Positions 1-8,526 of a stretch of 24,727 nt of DNA are shown here, piece by piece; positions within the stretch are counted from its first letter, which is position 1, and the number at the start of each line of letters is the position of its first letter. The DNA is from Euryarchaeota archaeon UBA433 (GTDB lineage Archaea; Thermoplasmatota; Poseidoniia; Poseidoniales; Poseidoniaceae), in contig DAFX01000087.1 in assembly GCA_002495535.1 (NCBI GenBank), forward strand, positions 1-24,727, written 5' to 3'. The notes under the pieces were generated by a model. That model saw only the letters and a program-made list of their open reading frames with translations. It ran no database searches and was not told the DNA's origin. The position numbers and the translations under genes were made by a program.

Positions 1-40
1 AAGGGCTTGCCATGGGCCGTATTGAACGCTACGGTCGTGG

Positions 41-751
41 TCACGTTTTCTCATTACGATTTTCGAGATCAAAACCGAAGGAAGCAAGCATCATCACCAG
101 GCTGAAAAACAGCAGGTACTCCGCTGGAGCTGCAATGTTGATGGCGTTTTGGGACATGTTCATGATTGCTGTACCGTCTCGAATTCCACCATCCAAGACA
201 TATTCCTTGACGGGCCTTGCAAGCGCCAGATGCATGACTAGGAGCGATACTCCTGCCACCTTAAGCCACGATTTGCGCACAACGTGCCCACGACTTGGTG
301 CTTCGAGCAACGAAGAATGGGTCGACCATCCCCAGAGATAACCTCCACCAAAGGTAATCATCGCAAAGAGGCTGTGTAAAATAATCTGGTCGTACATGTT
401 GAACCATGAGAGCAACACAAGGGACAACCCCGTCGCCAGACCTGCCCAAAGCGAAATACGGGCGTAGGTTGGCTTTGCAATGACGTCAAAGGCGTGCTTC
501 AACCGCATCGAAAGGGTGCACAACAGCAACCCAGAGAGGGTTAATCCCACGGTAAACACATACCGTTCGATGCCAGGATAATCCGATTCAGAAATGAAAA
601 ATGGGACGTCTCGGGCGTTCCCCGAGGCTGCGTGGATCAACATTGACAGCACAACTGTGCAAAAAATCACCATCCAAGTAAAGCGAAGCAACGTCCGATC
701 TGCTACCACGAAAGATCGAATTCTTACGCCTTCTTCGCCTTCAAGGTCCAT
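41..751 (-). CDS. Multi-pass integral membrane protein, possibly Frag1/DRAM/Sfk1-like
   Basis: The ORF encodes about 6 hydrophobic segments. The stretch VPFFISESDYPGIERYVFTVGL after TM1 resembles the P-(Y/L)-IS-x-x-x-x-P-x-x-x-x-F signature of the Frag1/DRAM/TMEM150 family, a comparison made from memory. The track start at 754 is TTG. I prefer the ATG at 749-751, which overlaps the upstream SDR stop codon by 1 nt (TGATG on the minus strand) and suggests translational coupling. Confidence 0.6.
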   Translation of the reverse strand: MDLEGEEGVRIRSFVVADRTLLRFTWMVIFCTVVLSMLIHAASGNARDVPFFISESDYPGIERYVFTVGLTLSGLLLCTLSMRLKHAFDVIAKPTYARISLWAGLATGLSLVLLSWFNMYDQIILHSLFAMITFGGGYLWGWSTHSSLLEAPSRGHVVRKSWLKVAGVSLLVMHLALARPVKEYVLDGGIRDGTAIMNMSQNAINIAAPAEYLLFFSLVMMLASFGFDLENRNEKT

Positions 752-1779
752 CAAAGAAATTCCCTCACCGTATCATGTATGCATTCATCAAAACTTTTCC
801 ATTCGATGCCCAATTCTTCACTTGCCTTCTTGGAAGACAAATTTGCATCGCCTCTGAAATACCCCTTCACTGCCTTTCTCGTCATACGTCTTGGTGCACC
901 AAAGAGGCTCATCATCCAGTCTTGAAACACAACAATTGGCATGAAAAATACTGGAATTGCACGCTTCGGAGATTTTGTTTCAGGGTAGAGTTCTCGAATT
1001 CGTTTGCATACGGCAGCAACGGTTGAATTGTTGTGAGGCGCGACAATAAAACGTCCACCAGCCTCTTCGGTTTCGAATGCTTTACGATGGGCAATGGCAA
1101 CATCTGTCACGTGAACAAAGGCCATGGGGATCTTTGGAGCCATTGGAAACAGACCCTTCATTGCGTCATCAAACCATTCCACGCTCGGCGTGGGGCGCAC
1201 GAAGCCGCCTCCGAGCACGCCACCTGGGTTGATCACCCGAAGGTCCAACTCCAATCGTTCAGCAAGTTTCCATGCCAACCGTTCGGACTCCGTCTTGGCA
1301 ATAATGTAAGGTGATGTGCGTTCAGTTTGCCAGTCTGCTTCGGTTTTTTCCCTTCCTTTTGGCGTGGACCCAATCGCTGCAATGCTGGAGGTGTAAATGA
1401 CCCGTTGAATCCCAGCCTCCTTTGCAGCTGAAAAGAGATGCTGAGTGCCTTTGTTTGCCGTGTCGATGATCAAATTTGCATCGCCGCTTGTGGCATAAAT
1501 CGTGGCCGTATGAAACAAACCGTCACACCCTTTGAGGTGGGTTGCCCAATCATCAGCGTCCAACACATCAGCCTGCACCAATTCAAGTCGGTCCTCTGAG
1601 TTTAGGTCTGAAGCATGTTTACGAACATGATCGACCTTGAGCGGGTCCTCCAGATCTCTGATGGAACCCTTGACGTTGTAGCCCTGCTCAAGTAAATCTC
1701 GGACAATATGGTTGCCAATATGACCGTTCACGCCGGTGACAAAAATGGTCGTCCCCTTCGCCTCAATAGCATCGCTCAT
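751..1779 (-). CDS. NAD(P)-dependent epimerase/dehydratase-family (extended SDR) oxidoreductase, dihydroflavonol/cinnamoyl-CoA reductase-like
   Basis: N-terminal Rossmann motif TIFVTGVNGHIGNHIV (GxxGxxG). Catalytic YxxxK is present (SPYIIAK). The 342-aa length is typical of extended SDRs. Confidence 0.8.
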   Translation of the reverse strand: MSDAIEAKGTTIFVTGVNGHIGNHIVRDLLEQGYNVKGSIRDLEDPLKVDHVRKHASDLNSEDRLELVQADVLDADDWATHLKGCDGLFHTATIYATSGDANLIIDTANKGTQHLFSAAKEAGIQRVIYTSSIAAIGSTPKGREKTEADWQTERTSPYIIAKTESERLAWKLAERLELDLRVINPGGVLGGGFVRPTPSVEWFDDAMKGLFPMAPKIPMAFVHVTDVAIAHRKAFETEEAGGRFIVAPHNNSTVAAVCKRIRELYPETKSPKRAIPVFFMPIVVFQDWMMSLFGAPRRMTRKAVKGYFRGDANLSSKKASEELGIEWKSFDECIHDTVREFL

Positions 1780-1845
1780 GGGCGGTCCACGCGCTCGAGC
1801 ATCTTAACCTTCAAGTGAGGAGGGCCACACCCGAGACTGAATCCC

Positions 1846-3333
1846 ATGCCTATTCGCCTGCACGACACCCGCCGCCGTGAGAAAGTAGAATTCACGACCA
1901 TGGAGCCCGGAAAAGTGTCGATGTATGTATGTGGGGTGACTGTCTATGACCGATGCCATTTGGGCCATGCACGCTGTTATCTTGCCTTTGATTTGATTCA
2001 CCGTTGGCTCGAAGCCTCAGGCTTTGATGTGAAGTACGTTCAAAATTTCACTGACATCGATGACAAAATCATCGTCCGGGCAAACGAGTTGGATGGCGAC
2101 TGGAAGGCGCTTGTTGATGCTAACATCGAGGCCTACTATGAGGACATGGACGCTTTGAACATTCTTCGAGCCGATGAGTATCCTCGCTGTACCGAATATG
2201 TTGATGACATGATTCGAATCACACAAGATTTGATCGACAAGAACCACGCCTACCAAACAGACGATGGCGTTTACTTTCACATTGATTCTGCCCCAGAAAA
2301 GTACGGTGCATTGACCGGACAAAACATCGAGGCAGTGCGCTCTGGCGCTGGAGGGCGCGTGGTCGGGACTGGTTCTGGAAAACGCGATCACAAGGATTTT
2401 GCATTGTGGAAAGCGGCGAAACCAGGCGAACCAACGTGGGACTCACCCTGGGGACCGGGAAGGCCCGGTTGGCACATTGAGTGCACCGCCATGAGCATGG
2501 ATCACTTCGGTGCGCAGTTCGACATCCACGGTGGAGGGCATGATTTGCGATTCCCTCACCACGAGGCAGAGATCTTTCAAGGCGAATGCCACACTGGTTG
2601 CTCTCCCGTGGTCCATCATTGGCTGCACAACGGTTTTGTCAACATTGATGGGGAAAAAATGAGCAAATCCCTCGGAAATTTTTGGACCATTCGAGATATC
2701 CTTCAACAGGTGGATGCGATGGTGCTCCGCTTTGCCCTCGTCAACGCTCATTACCGTTCACCGATCGACATGAATGAGACATTGCTCAAGAATGCAGAGA
2801 AGAATTACAATAAGATCCTCGAAACGTACGTCGCTGCGCTTAAATCGCGTACCACTGAGGCGCCGATTGAACTACCTCAAGCCGATCTCACGTCGTCACA
2901 ACCCCTGTCAAAATCCCTCGGTTTGCTTGAGAAAATGGGTGAAGGCTTCGCCCAAGCTATGGATGATGATTTCAACAGCCGGGAAGCGGTCGCAAAGGTG
3001 CTTGGAGCCATCCGTGAAATGATGAAAACACTCAACAGCGATTTGGATGCGACGGACAAAGATGCCTTCGCCCATTACGCCGTCGATTGGCTTGAAGAGA
3101 CCGCAGGTGTCGTCTTGGGGGTCTTGCCATCTCGAGAAATGGCACTCGCTGAACCTGAAGAAGATCCAAGAAAGGCACAAATTGCGGAACAAGTCGAAGC
3201 TTTGTTGCTGGAGCGTACCGAGGCCAGGGCTACCAAAGACTGGCCACGAGCAGATGAGATCAGAGATACACTCAACGAGATGGGCGTGGTCGTTGTAGAC
3301 ACCGCAAACGGCCCGACTTGGGACCTAGCATGA
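1846..3333 (+). CDS. cysS: Cysteinyl-tRNA synthetase
   Basis: The class I aaRS signatures are present: HIGH-type motif ([17 protein letters not shown]) and KMSKS ([11 protein letters not shown]). The N-terminus [14 protein letters not shown] matches the usual CysRS start. The 495-aa length is appropriate. Confidence 0.95.
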   Translation: MPIRLHDTRRREKVEFTTMEPGKVSMYVCGVTVYDRCHLGHARCYLAFDLIHRWLEASGFDVKYVQNFTDIDDKIIVRANELDGDWKALVDANIEAYYEDMDALNILRADEYPRCTEYVDDMIRITQDLIDKNHAYQTDDGVYFHIDSAPEKYGALTGQNIEAVRSGAGGRVVGTGSGKRDHKDFALWKAAKPGEPTWDSPWGPGRPGWHIECTAMSMDHFGAQFDIHGGGHDLRFPHHEAEIFQGECHTGCSPVVHHWLHNGFVNIDGEKMSKSLGNFWTIRDILQQVDAMVLRFALVNAHYRSPIDMNETLLKNAEKNYNKILETYVAALKSRTTEAPIELPQADLTSSQPLSKSLGLLEKMGEGFAQAMDDDFNSREAVAKVLGAIREMMKTLNSDLDATDKDAFAHYAVDWLEETAGVVLGVLPSREMALAEPEEDPRKAQIAEQVEALLLERTEARATKDWPRADEIRDTLNEMGVVVVDTANGPTWDLA

Positions 3334-3397
3334 GCACCTTGTGACCAACCTAGCACCAATCCGTTGGCTCGACGAATCACGAAGACGTTCTGTTCGA

Positions 3398-6190
3398 TCA
3401 GGTTGTGTCGTGATCTTCTGCCGTCTTTTCACCATCTTCCACTTCTCCGGTATCGCCGCCATCGTGCTTGTTGGCTCTGTTCGAGCGAGTTGTATTGTGA
3501 TCCTGTGCCTTTTCATCACCTGAATCATTGTTTGAGCCACCCTTGTCAAGTGGGGGTGGCGATGGAACAAAGACACTCGAGGCAGATGAGTCCTCTAAAT
3601 CTGATTCATCCCAAATCTTTTCGATCTTGGCTTCCTCACTCAGATTAAGTTCATCGCCACCAGTTTTACTGATCAAGAACAAACCGAGTCCCATGGCCAC
3701 GATAATCCCAACAAGTGCCATCAATGCCATATCCTTTACTTCATCAGGAGATGCAGCATCAGCATCCACATTTGAGTTCCCATCGTTTCCGTTTGGATTG
3801 GTGATGCATGGAGGTGTGCTTCCATCTTCGCACAATTCGACGTTGGTACCGCCGGTGTTGTCAGTGCCTCCGGTGTTGTCAGTGCCTCCGGTGTTGTCCG
3901 TGCCACCCGTGTTGTCATTACCGCCGGTGTTGTCGTTACCGCCGGTGTTGTCATTGGCGCCAGGTTCGTCGACTGGCAATGTGACGACTGCACCGGTACG
4001 ATCGCCATCATCGTCCATCTCGATGTTGTAATAGTCGTACAGTTCGCTGAGGTCGATGTGGGTGTTGGCCCATGAAGACCGATTGATGACGTCGAAGTAG
4101 CGTTCATCACCAGTGGTGAAGATCGGGTCGAGTGTCATGTTCTTGAGGTGCGAAACACCGTCTCGGTAGTCACCATCAAATGCATCGTCGAGGTAGGCTT
4201 GTACTTCCTCATCGGTCGACATGTCGGCAACTTCAGACCAGTGTTCACGAATGTCACTCAATTCATTTCGCATGGCCATTGATAGTCCTTCTTCGATGCT
4301 TGCAAAAGATTGGCTTCCGTCTACAACTGAAGTGGATGTGATGTCAACGACCTTTGAAACGCCCCCGCCTTGAATTGGTTCCCAATCGTCGCCCTTGAGC
4401 GAGGTCATGATGTCTTCATCTCCGAACAGGGCCTTTCCTTGAACGAGGGTGAGGCGGATATCCGCATCAATCGCTTCAATCAAGTTTCGATAAGGATCTT
4501 CGTGGAAGGTGTCGATGACGACCAAGTCAGCGATCATGCCTGCCTTGATTTGACCAACATAATTCCCCCATTTTGCTGCCTCAGCTGGATTTGAAGTGAC
4601 CATTTCTGCCATTTCATAATTCGTAAAGTGGTCGTTCATCACCTTCGTGTTCCACATGTCTGCGACCTTCAATTCGTGAAGGTTTGATTTCGATCCACTC
4701 GGTCCCCAATCGGGTGCGATGGAGATCTTCACGCCAGCGTTGTCTGCAGCACGAACGTCCGTTGTGTTGCCGTAGAGAAGGAGGTTGGAAAGTGGTGACC
4801 ACACCAAATTCGAGCCAACGGCAGCCATCTGTCCAAATTGCGAGGGGGTAAGGGCGGTACCGTGAATCACTACGGTTGGTTGTGCAAGGAGTCCTTTGCT
4901 GTTGAGCAAATCGAATTCATCCCTGCTTGTCTGATCAACGCCTTCGGACAAGTGAATAAACCACGCTTCGAGGTCTCCATCATTGAAGTCTGCAATCTTA
5001 CCGTCTGAGTTGTAATCAGATTCATACCATCCACATACGGCGCAGGTGACGATGTTGTCCTTGCCGAAATTGTACAATTCGACGTTTCGGGAAAGGGTGC
5101 TGTCCCAAGCATCGTTGCCTGATGGGGATCCTTGAACGGCTGTAACTCCGCCTGCGATGGCTTGAACTTCAGCGTACTTCATTTGCTCTGTGGCCATGCC
5201 CCATCGGTTGTTTTGTTGGACATTGTTCTTATTCCAAGTGATACTTGGTCCGTAATCGTAATTGTCGCCCCATTGCCCACGGTTGGTGTAGCCACCTTCA
5301 GCAGATTTTTGGTTCTCGTTTAGATGCACATCAAAGTCCCATAGAGGGATGTGATTGTAATGCATGTGGTTGTGCAAATCAATCAACCCAGGGTAAATGG
5401 TTCCCTCAGTTTCAATCACAGGTACATCGGTCAGATCAACACCGCTTGGGATGGAGGAGCCAGTGGACCATACGCCTGTGATTTCCCCATCGCGGACCAT
5501 CACATTCCCTTGATTGAGCACATTATCTTCACCAGTCATGGTGACCACACGACCCTTCAACAGGAAAGCATCGTTGGATGCAGGGTCTGGAATGTTGTAG
5601 CATCGAACGATGTTCATGGCGACTTCTGAATCAGCTCCTTCAGGTCCCCATCCGGGTGTCGGGCTGACCTTTCGTAATGCCCCTTCAGCGTCATAAACAT
5701 ATGATTCGCCATACCATGAATCCTTGGCAGGGTAGGACATCGAGTTCATCTGAACGCCCGTATCATCGCTGATGGTGACCGTGTCCCCATCAAAGTACGA
5801 AAGGAGAATGGTAGAATCCGCACTGAAGACGGAGATTCGTCCATCAGCGGGAATGGTGGTGTTCCAAGCAAGCTGGCAAGGAGGGCTACCACTCGTCACC
5901 GAGAGGATCCAATCCGAAACATCCACAGGCGTTGAGCCGCTGTTCCATATTTCGATGAATTGATCGGAATACTTTCCATATTCCCCGTCTTGGTTCCAAT
6001 CGACTGCCCCGTAGACATTTTGCGAAGTTTCATTTGAGACAAGATTGTTCGGGCTGATGAACAATTCAGAAATCACAATGGCACTTTCCCGGCCCTGTGT
6101 GGTGGTTTGATTCTGCTCCGAGGCGACCGACAAAGTCGGCAAAATCATCAGCAGAAACATTGCGATGGCAGCACAGCGTATGAGGCGCAT
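3398..6190 (-). CDS. Secreted, C-terminally membrane-anchored fusion protein: lamin-tail domain (LTD) + metal-dependent amidohydrolase + (N/T)DNTGG repeat linker + TM + acidic cytoplasmic tail
   Basis: Signal peptide MRLIRCAAIAMFLLMILPTLSVASE. LTD-like motifs are VISELFISPN...DQFIEIWNSGSTPVDVSDWIL. Amidohydrolase hallmarks are PGLIDLHNHMH (HxH, about nt 5361-5380), VVIHGTAL, and the C-terminal GQIKAGMIADLVVID...LTLVQGKALF. There are six (N/T)DNTGG repeats. A TM helix MALMALVGIIVAMGLGLFLIS lies at about nt 3668-3730. It is followed by a D/E/S-rich tail of about 90 aa. Confidence 0.8.
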   Translation of the reverse strand: MRLIRCAAIAMFLLMILPTLSVASEQNQTTTQGRESAIVISELFISPNNLVSNETSQNVYGAVDWNQDGEYGKYSDQFIEIWNSGSTPVDVSDWILSVTSGSPPCQLAWNTTIPADGRISVFSADSTILLSYFDGDTVTISDDTGVQMNSMSYPAKDSWYGESYVYDAEGALRKVSPTPGWGPEGADSEVAMNIVRCYNIPDPASNDAFLLKGRVVTMTGEDNVLNQGNVMVRDGEITGVWSTGSSIPSGVDLTDVPVIETEGTIYPGLIDLHNHMHYNHIPLWDFDVHLNENQKSAEGGYTNRGQWGDNYDYGPSITWNKNNVQQNNRWGMATEQMKYAEVQAIAGGVTAVQGSPSGNDAWDSTLSRNVELYNFGKDNIVTCAVCGWYESDYNSDGKIADFNDGDLEAWFIHLSEGVDQTSRDEFDLLNSKGLLAQPTVVIHGTALTPSQFGQMAAVGSNLVWSPLSNLLLYGNTTDVRAADNAGVKISIAPDWGPSGSKSNLHELKVADMWNTKVMNDHFTNYEMAEMVTSNPAEAAKWGNYVGQIKAGMIADLVVIDTFHEDPYRNLIEAIDADIRLTLVQGKALFGDEDIMTSLKGDDWEPIQGGGVSKVVDITSTSVVDGSQSFASIEEGLSMAMRNELSDIREHWSEVADMSTDEEVQAYLDDAFDGDYRDGVSHLKNMTLDPIFTTGDERYFDVINRSSWANTHIDLSELYDYYNIEMDDDGDRTGAVVTLPVDEPGANDNTGGNDNTGGNDNTGGTDNTGGTDNTGGTDNTGGTNVELCEDGSTPPCITNPNGNDGNSNVDADAASPDEVKDMALMALVGIIVAMGLGLFLISKTGGDELNLSEEAKIEKIWDESDLEDSSASSVFVPSPPPLDKGGSNNDSGDEKAQDHNTTRSNRANKHDGGDTGEVEDGEKTAEDHDTT
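3845..3958 (-). repeat. In-frame 18-bp tandem repeat (about 6.3 copies) encoding (N/T)DNTGG
   Basis: Read directly on the plus strand as consecutive units of ccggtgttgtc plus 7 variable nt (gccggtgttgtcagtgcc / tccggtgttgtcagtgcc / tccggtgttgtccgtgcc / acccgtgttgtcattacc / gccggtgttgtcgttacc / gccggtgttgtcattggc). The units are contiguous with no spacers and lie in the coding frame of the 930-aa protein. Confidence 0.9.
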
Positions 6191-6248
6191 GAACAGCCCT
6201 TAAGGTGCGGGCACATGAACTCGTCGGCGTGATTCATTGCGGTGGTAT

Positions 6249-6278
6249 TGAAGAACCGCCTCCTCCGAGGCTTCTTCA
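6249..6278 (+). promoter_or_regulatory. Stable stem-loop ending on the A of the thioredoxin ATG
   Basis: TGAAGAA-cc-GCCTC-ctcc-GAGGC-TTCTTCA forms 12 Watson-Crick pairs, with a 2-nt bulge and a 4-nt loop. Pairs were counted by hand (6249-6255 with 6272-6278, and 6258-6262 with 6267-6271). Function is unknown. Confidence 0.3.
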
Positions 6279-6658
6279 TGGCTGCTGTGAACCTCACTGA
6301 ACCTGAATTTGCTGATACTATTGACAACAACTCAATTGTCCTGCTGGATTTCTGGGCAGAATGGTGCGGGCCTTGCAAGGCCTATGGACCGGTTTATGAG
6401 CGTGTGTCGGAAGAATTCCCAGACGTTGTGTTCGGAAAAATCGACACGGAGGCAGAACCCCAACTTGCTCAAGCGTTCAATATCCGTTCGATCCCAACAA
6501 CGATTGCGTTCAAAGACGGCATCGGCGTCTTCATGCAGCCAGGGGCTCTCCCAGAAGAGGCACTGCGAGACCTTGTGACCAAATTAGGCACCCTCGATAT
6601 GGATGAGGTGCGAGCAGAAATGGAAGCTCAAAAGGCCGCATCAGAATCATCTGAATGA
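6278..6658 (+). CDS. trxA: Thioredoxin
   Basis: The active site FWAEWCGPCK (WCGPC) is followed by the cis-Pro region IRSIPT. The track ORF starts at GTG 6242. I prefer ATG 6278 (MAAVNLTEPEF...), which gives 126 aa with an acidic C-terminal extension of about 25 aa. Confidence 0.9.
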   Translation: MAAVNLTEPEFADTIDNNSIVLLDFWAEWCGPCKAYGPVYERVSEEFPDVVFGKIDTEAEPQLAQAFNIRSIPTTIAFKDGIGVFMQPGALPEEALRDLVTKLGTLDMDEVRAEMEAQKAASESSE

Positions 6659-6717
6659 TGCAATTGCTTTCTACAGCAAACCAATGCGTTCAAAAATCAC
6701 GCAGTGTCCCGTGAACC

Positions 6718-8526
6718 ATGAACCTGCGCGTATGGCTCATTTTGTTCGTGATGCTCACAGCGAGCCTCTCCGGTTGTTTCGGTGAACAAAGAGTCGATGA
6801 CGAAGGCGTCATGACCCCTTACGAGGTGTACCCCGACCCGTGGGACCGCACAGAAATGTCCTACGATGACAGCGACGTTTTTGCCCGAGTGACTGAAAAT
6901 GGTTCCTACGGAATTGATGCGGTTCAATCTGTCTTCGTTCCCGTCCCCTCTATCACCCTCGCCGATGGCGGGGCTGGAGCAACCGGTGGGGCTGAAGTTC
7001 ATCTTGGACTTTGGTTGCCCGTGATTGAAGGCTGCGATTGGGAGGCTGGAAATGTTTCAGAGGATTGCCAAGTTCCCGTTATTGCCGAAGTTGGACCTTA
7101 TTACAACGATGGAGACGTCGATGCACTCACGCCTGCAGATCGCCTTGGACGGATGCTGATTGAGAATTACGTTCCTCACGGCTATGGTGTCGCTCAAGTC
7201 TCAGTGTTTGGTACCGGTGAATCCAATCACTGCATGGACCTCATGGGTACTGATGAACAACGCGGCATCGATGCTGCGGTGACTTGGTTGGGAAGCCAGG
7301 GCTGGTCAAACGGAAATGTTGGCCTGATTGGAAAATCTTACGACGGTTCGACCCCATGGCAAGCTGCGACCTTTGGCAACCCTCACCTTGCCACCATCGT
7401 TCCAATGTCTGGGCTGATCGGAGTTCATGAACTGATGTGGCGAAATGGCAGTATGGAGGCCAGAGGCATGATCATGCACAATGGCGTTTATGGCTCATTT
7501 GGAATCGATGGTGATGTCGAGGACACCGAAAACCTCTGTGAAGGCTACATCCAAGGCTATGCCAACGGACCGGCCGCTTACCTCTCTGGGGGCATGGTCG
7601 ATTACGCTGGCAACGACTATTGGACATCTCGCTCCTTCCTCGATCGCGTGGTTGAGAACTACAACGGCTCTGTCTACATCATTCAAGGTATGCAAGATTG
7701 GAACGTTGACCCCCACATGACCTTTCCAACTCATCAAATCGTTGAAGATGCTGGAATCGAAGTCAAAACCCTCGCAGGTCAATGGGCTCACGACTATCCC
7801 GATCGATCCTCGGGTCACAGCGCTTTGCCTTCGGGAGAGGGTGCTGAGGCCTACCCCTACACCTTGCGCTGGGATTGGGCCGATGAGATGTTGTACTGGT
7901 TTGATTGGTACCTCAAAGGCGAAGGGCGAGCACCAGTGCTCGGCGTAGAAATGCAGGACAACCAGGGTGGATGGCGTTTTGAAAGCACATACCCGGCGCC
8001 GGATACGGAATACATGCTGATTGATGCTGGAGACATGAACCCAAGTGGAGCGGGCATGGTGACGACAACAGAAACCATCACCATGACCTATGGGCCCTTC
8101 GAAGAAGACGTTTTCATTGCGGGTATGCCGACCTTCCACATCGCCGTAACGCCGCACACCACAAACGGCGCCCATGCGTTCCTTGAGATGACTGATTCAT
8201 CGGGTATGCGCCTTGGGCATGCAGTCATGGACTTCCGTTTCGCAGATGGAGGGCGGGATGGCAACGAAGTCATAGCGGCTTTTTCCACTGTCACTGGAAA
8301 GATGGAATTCATGCCAATGGATGTGTTCATTGAAGCAGGTGATTCCATCACCATCACCATGACTCAAACAGGTATGGATTACGTTCCTTCACCCGGTGCA
8401 GCAGGCGGATACAGCGTGAACTGGGCAAGTTCAGAATTGACTTTGCCACTCGTGTACCGAACTTGTGATGATTTGTTTCAAGCACCTGTACATGAATACA
8501 GCGAAGATGTCAGCCGTGTGTGTTGA
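6718..8526 (+). CDS. Secreted X-Pro dipeptidyl-peptidase (S15) / CocE-NonD family alpha/beta hydrolase, probable lipoprotein
   Basis: Signal peptide with a lipobox-like LSGC ([22 protein letters not shown]). Family motifs are [59 protein letters not shown] (GxSYxG nucleophile elbow) and LATIVPMSG. The C-terminal half of about 200 aa is consistent with a PepX_C-type beta domain. Confidence 0.8.
   Translation: MNLRVWLILFVMLTASLSGCFGEQRVDDEGVMTPYEVYPDPWDRTEMSYDDSDVFARVTENGSYGIDAVQSVFVPVPSITLADGGAGATGGAEVHLGLWLPVIEGCDWEAGNVSEDCQVPVIAEVGPYYNDGDVDALTPADRLGRMLIENYVPHGYGVAQVSVFGTGESNHCMDLMGTDEQRGIDAAVTWLGSQGWSNGNVGLIGKSYDGSTPWQAATFGNPHLATIVPMSGLIGVHELMWRNGSMEARGMIMHNGVYGSFGIDGDVEDTENLCEGYIQGYANGPAAYLSGGMVDYAGNDYWTSRSFLDRVVENYNGSVYIIQGMQDWNVDPHMTFPTHQIVEDAGIEVKTLAGQWAHDYPDRSSGHSALPSGEGAEAYPYTLRWDWADEMLYWFDWYLKGEGRAPVLGVEMQDNQGGWRFESTYPAPDTEYMLIDAGDMNPSGAGMVTTTETITMTYGPFEEDVFIAGMPTFHIAVTPHTTNGAHAFLEMTDSSGMRLGHAVMDFRFADGGRDGNEVIAAFSTVTGKMEFMPMDVFIEAGDSITITMTQTGMDYVPSPGAAGGYSVNWASSELTLPLVYRTCDDLFQAPVHEYSEDVSRVC

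Noticed and set aside
12-341. A 109-aa plus-strand ORF at the window start
   Set aside because: It overlaps the membrane-protein gene on the opposite strand. The minus-strand product has consistent TM periodicity, whereas this one has no motifs.
1780-1845. Riboswitch or T-box-like leader upstream of cysS, and similarly upstream of ileS
   Set aside because: The intergenic regions are too short (66 nt for cysS). The only structure upstream of ileS is a weak 7-bp stem (17921-27 with 17951-57) with a 23-nt loop and no specifier-like elements. T-boxes are also not expected outside bacteria.
3845-3958. Possibility that the short tandem repeats are a CRISPR array
   Set aside because: The units are contiguous 18-mers with no spacers, are in frame within a long ORF, and no cas genes are present.
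3528-4031. A 167-aa plus-strand ORF with PPVLSV repeats
   Set aside because: It is the antisense reading of the (N/T)DNTGG tandem repeat and tail of the 930-aa gene. Its repeat structure is a mirror artefact of the real coding repeat.
7495-8175. A 226-aa minus-strand ORF antisense to the S15 peptidase gene
   Set aside because: It lies entirely within the peptidase CDS, which carries clear family motifs. The antisense translation has no recognisable features.
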